This document shows, one piece after another, positions 60,767 to 64,000 of a stretch of 64,000 bases of DNA (positions are counted from its first letter, which is position 1; each line of letters begins with the position of its first letter). The stretch is from Callorhinchus milii (Eukaryota), in contig NW_024704743.1 of assembly GCF_018977255.1 (NCBI RefSeq), positions 76,944,001 through 77,008,000 of the forward strand, given 5' to 3'. The translations under genes were made by a program, and so were the position numbers. The notes under the pieces were generated by a model. That model saw nothing but the letters and a program-made list of their open reading frames with translations, did no database searches and was not told the origin of the DNA.

Positions 60767-62082
60767 TATAATGTTACATTTTGCATAGTTGTCAATGGAC
60801 TGTAGTTTATAAGTGCAAGTCCTTACTCTCCACATAAGATATTGCTGTGGCAAAGACTGCTCAATTGAGGATAATAATAATAATCCTTGCATTTGGTATA
60901 GCACATTTCACTTCAGGAGGACATTGCAAAGCACATACGGTAGAGTGTAGTGTATGTGCATTTTGTGGGCGAACCTGGTGGATGTGGTGTAGTAGCATTT
61001 ACTGAAATGATTTCAGTCGTATTACAGCATGTTCCACTCACTGCTCAGAGCTACGGGAATTTCTAAACCTCTCACATTTATCATCATTCTTTCAACAGAT
61101 ACAATTATGATTTTAAAACGTGTGGGCTTACATTGAAGGCAACAAGCGCATATTTCTCCAGCCATGTCATCTTAACTCTGACAACTTAATTAACTTCAGT
61201 TCAAACATGTGAGCCAGACTGAAAGGAGGAACAGTGATTTCTTTGTTACTTGGGCACGCCTTCCTCTATAAAACAGTTCACAGAATAAATGGGATTCATA
61301 ACCAAATGTCCTGCACGCGACTTGGAGCTTGCTACAGAATAACTGAATGATTACAATGTATTTATAACATATTATTTTGAGATTTGCTACAATTACAAGC
61401 AAGATACAGCAAGCAATCTACATGGTAACATGGTTATCACAAGTACTGTGCATTTTGAGTTGTTTTCCTGAAGTGAAAAGCGCTATATAAATGTAAATTG
61501 TATAATATTTTATGTGATGTTCTACAATTTATAGTAAAGATATGAGGAACTAACTACAAGCCAGAATATAAGCGCTTTAAAGCACTTCGACAAGTTAACA
61601 GTTAATATATGGAAGATAATAGGATTCAGGGTTAACCTATATTTATGTAGCTCCCTTCACACAGAGTAACATGTTGGAGGCTGTATTAAATGATGAGATT
61701 GAATGATGTTTCGAAGGAATCTTGTGGAAGGTTCGATAGGTAGGGTACCAGAGGCAAAACTGATGCTTCATAGCCTTCAAATGGATTATGAAAAGTCACC
61801 ATTTTCCATCTATTCCTAAATACTGGTCCATCTACTCCCCCAATACTTCTTTGGGACAACATTTCTGAGCAAAACGTGGAGAATGGCTAAATGACAAGTT
61901 TTGAAGCTCTTTGGTTCTTTAGCACATACAAATGTCTACTTGCCTACAAATGTAGTCACTATTTGACAATAGTTACCAGGGAAATGCTTTGTAATGTATT
62001 GATGTTGTAGAAACTGTATCAAATGGAAGGATTATTATTATTCATCTAAATATAAGCTAAATATTTTCATTTAATACTAATG

Positions 62083-62563
62083 TGGGTAGAAATTCCATGT
62101 TGATCTAGATCTACTTTATTAATATACTATTTCAGATTGTCCAAAAATAATCTTTAATTTTGAAGCTGTTTTTTCTGTAAGTTATTTTAACAACAGGTAA
62201 TGGCTTCAAAGTTAAAGCAAACTGCTCAGTTAGTAGCACGCTTGCCTCTGAGTTAGAATGCTGGGTTCAAACCCCATGTTGGGATTTTGAACACAAGTCT
62301 ATGTATAAAATGTACTTCATGGCTGTTTGTGGGACATTATTATGTGCAAATTGGCTGCCTTGGTTCACCTACGAAATACACAATCACAATACTTTATAGT
62401 ATATCTTGTGAAGTGCTTTGAGATGTCCTCCGGATGTAAAAAGCACTGTATCAAATGTAAGGCTTATTATTGTTATAAAACTGAATTAAATAATTCACCA
62501 AATTCTGTACTCTCAGATGTCATGTTAACAGAGTAAATCTAGATCCAGATGAAAATTAGACCC
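62083..62563. mobile_element. Family E foldback element with a nested, internally deleted SINE B (~62222-62475, +)
   Basis: Left GGGTAGAAATTCCATGTTGATCTAGATCTACT; right CAGAGTAAATCTAGATCCAGATGAAAATTAGACCC. Confidence 0.7.
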
Positions 62564-62935
62564 AGTTATTTTTTGGTTAGAAAATGTGTTAAATAATTGA
62601 TGAAATGCAATTCAAGTTCTGCATGCATTTATTTGGAGGGGCATGCAGCATGCTTTGAGGACCAATCAATGTCTCCAGTGTACATTGTATTATCTAAAGA
62701 AATTGCAGCATGCATAAGGTGAAAATGAAAGTTACACCATGTGCTAACTTGCTTTTCATTTTGTTTTCATTGAAACCCTATCCCAGTCTAAGATAGGCAA
62801 TTGACTTATTTATAGGTCAGGGCTTCTTGAACTTGGCAAGTTTTCATCTCCAATGGTGCAGGGCATTGCATCACCAACCCATTTGCAATAACCATTTATA
62901 AAGGTCCCTTCTGTTCAACTGATTGTGCTGAACTG

Positions 62936-63301
62936 GTGGAGTCCTGGAGCTCAGTGGTTAGAACACTCTCCTCGCAAGCAAGAGACCTGGGTTTGATTCC
63001 CGACAGAGCAAAATGTTGGGCAAGTTTCCTTATGCCACACACCTCTGTTTAACTAGCAGTAAATAAGAACCCGGTTGTTAGTGGATTGGCGGATCACTTT
63101 TCCAGGGGTATTAATTCCTTCAAAAAAAAATTGATCCCTTTAATCCATGACTGTTTGTGGGACATTGCTGTGTGCAATTGGCTGCCGTGTTTTACCCACA
63201 AAATATACAGTCGATTCACTTTACAGTATATTTTATAAAGTGCTGTGAGACATCTCAAAGACGTGATAAGAGGCTATATCAAATGCAAGGATTATTATTA
63301 T
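62936..63301 (+). mobile_element. SINE family A, long variant, full length
   Basis: GTGGAGTCCTGGAGCTCAGTGGTTAG head through to (ATT)n tail. Confidence 0.92.
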
Positions 63302-64000
63302 CTGGAATCCTGTCACTTTGACTATCATTGAATAGATTCAGAGAAGAACATTTGCCCCCAAAACAATATTCTAAATGAAATAAGATTTCTTTCCCACAGA
63401 GAAATCCTGTTGCTGTCCTCAAAAGCTCAAAGGACTGCACTGATCAGTGTGCTTTGAGAAAAAGTAGAGACCTTTTTTTTAAGAAATAGATTGGGGATTA
63501 CAGGAGCTGGGGATAAATTTCTAAAATGAAAAGTCTCAATCAGTTAAAGATCAAATTAAGCAAGAGTAAGCTTGGATGACTACTTAAAAGGGATGAGACA
63601 AACAAAGGGGCTTCAAGTTTAGCCCCAAAGAATACAGACCACAGCTGGAGTCTGAGAGCGACAAGAGGTCTGGCTGGTGGTCAGTGAAAGAACTCACATA
63701 CCATGTTTCCCCCTATCACCTGTGAAGGAAAACTCATCAACCAATGCTCTGTAAATGCCACTGATAATCCTGCTAAATTTCACTAGCACACACACGAGTA
63801 GCCCACCTATTGAGCTTGCTCACATCACCTCCTTCAGAAGTGGGAGGTGAAGATCCTGGTGCGAACACACAGGTATCATCTACTTACCTGCTGAATAGGA
63901 AAATGCCTTCTTCCACTTGATGAGATGATTTAATGCTCTTATGTTTTGACAATGCAGCACAGATTACTGGCTCACTGTAATGATGGGTGGGTTCGAATTC

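Noticed and set aside
63880..64000. Minus-strand CAG|GTAAGT donor, and the window ending in GAATTC (EcoRI site)
   Set aside because: The exon start cannot be defined inside the window. The terminal GAATTC may be chance, part of a box B-like GGTTCGAATTC or a clone end, and this cannot be decided here.

Overview
This is eukaryotic, AT-rich, repeat-dense DNA. It looks like vertebrate intronic or intergenic sequence. The repeat content (tRNA-headed Deu-domain SINEs, L2 and CR1 LINE relics) suggests a cartilaginous fish, possibly a chimaera, but that is inference. I recognise no host protein-coding gene, rRNA, true tRNA gene or CRISPR array. Almost all short ORFs in the track are spurious or come from transposable elements. 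The one real coding stretch is a young, 5'-truncated L2 LINE (~18220-20218) with an uninterrupted reverse-transcriptase frame. It sits inside a CR1 tail and is itself split by a SINE. Its 3' stem-loop is shared, with a compensatory base-pair change, by a young tRNA-Ala-headed SINE family (about 14 copies), so a LINE/SINE partner pair is visible in one window. Less obvious items: (1) a third, unassigned LINE-like family with a decayed CCHC-type C-terminus and a long 3' UTR; (2) a ~230-bp foldback MITE family; (3) a 250-bp hAT-type MITE with an 8-bp target-site duplication (TSD); (4) an internally deleted CR1; (5) a ~500-bp segment duplicated 17 kb apart; (6) a candidate 59-nt minus-strand exon; (7) repeat-poor, enhancer-like blocks at ~47.8-56.4 kb containing perfect hairpins. 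I found no convincing novel multi-gene system. Family labels A-E are my own, and boundaries of old repeats are approximate (read by eye).
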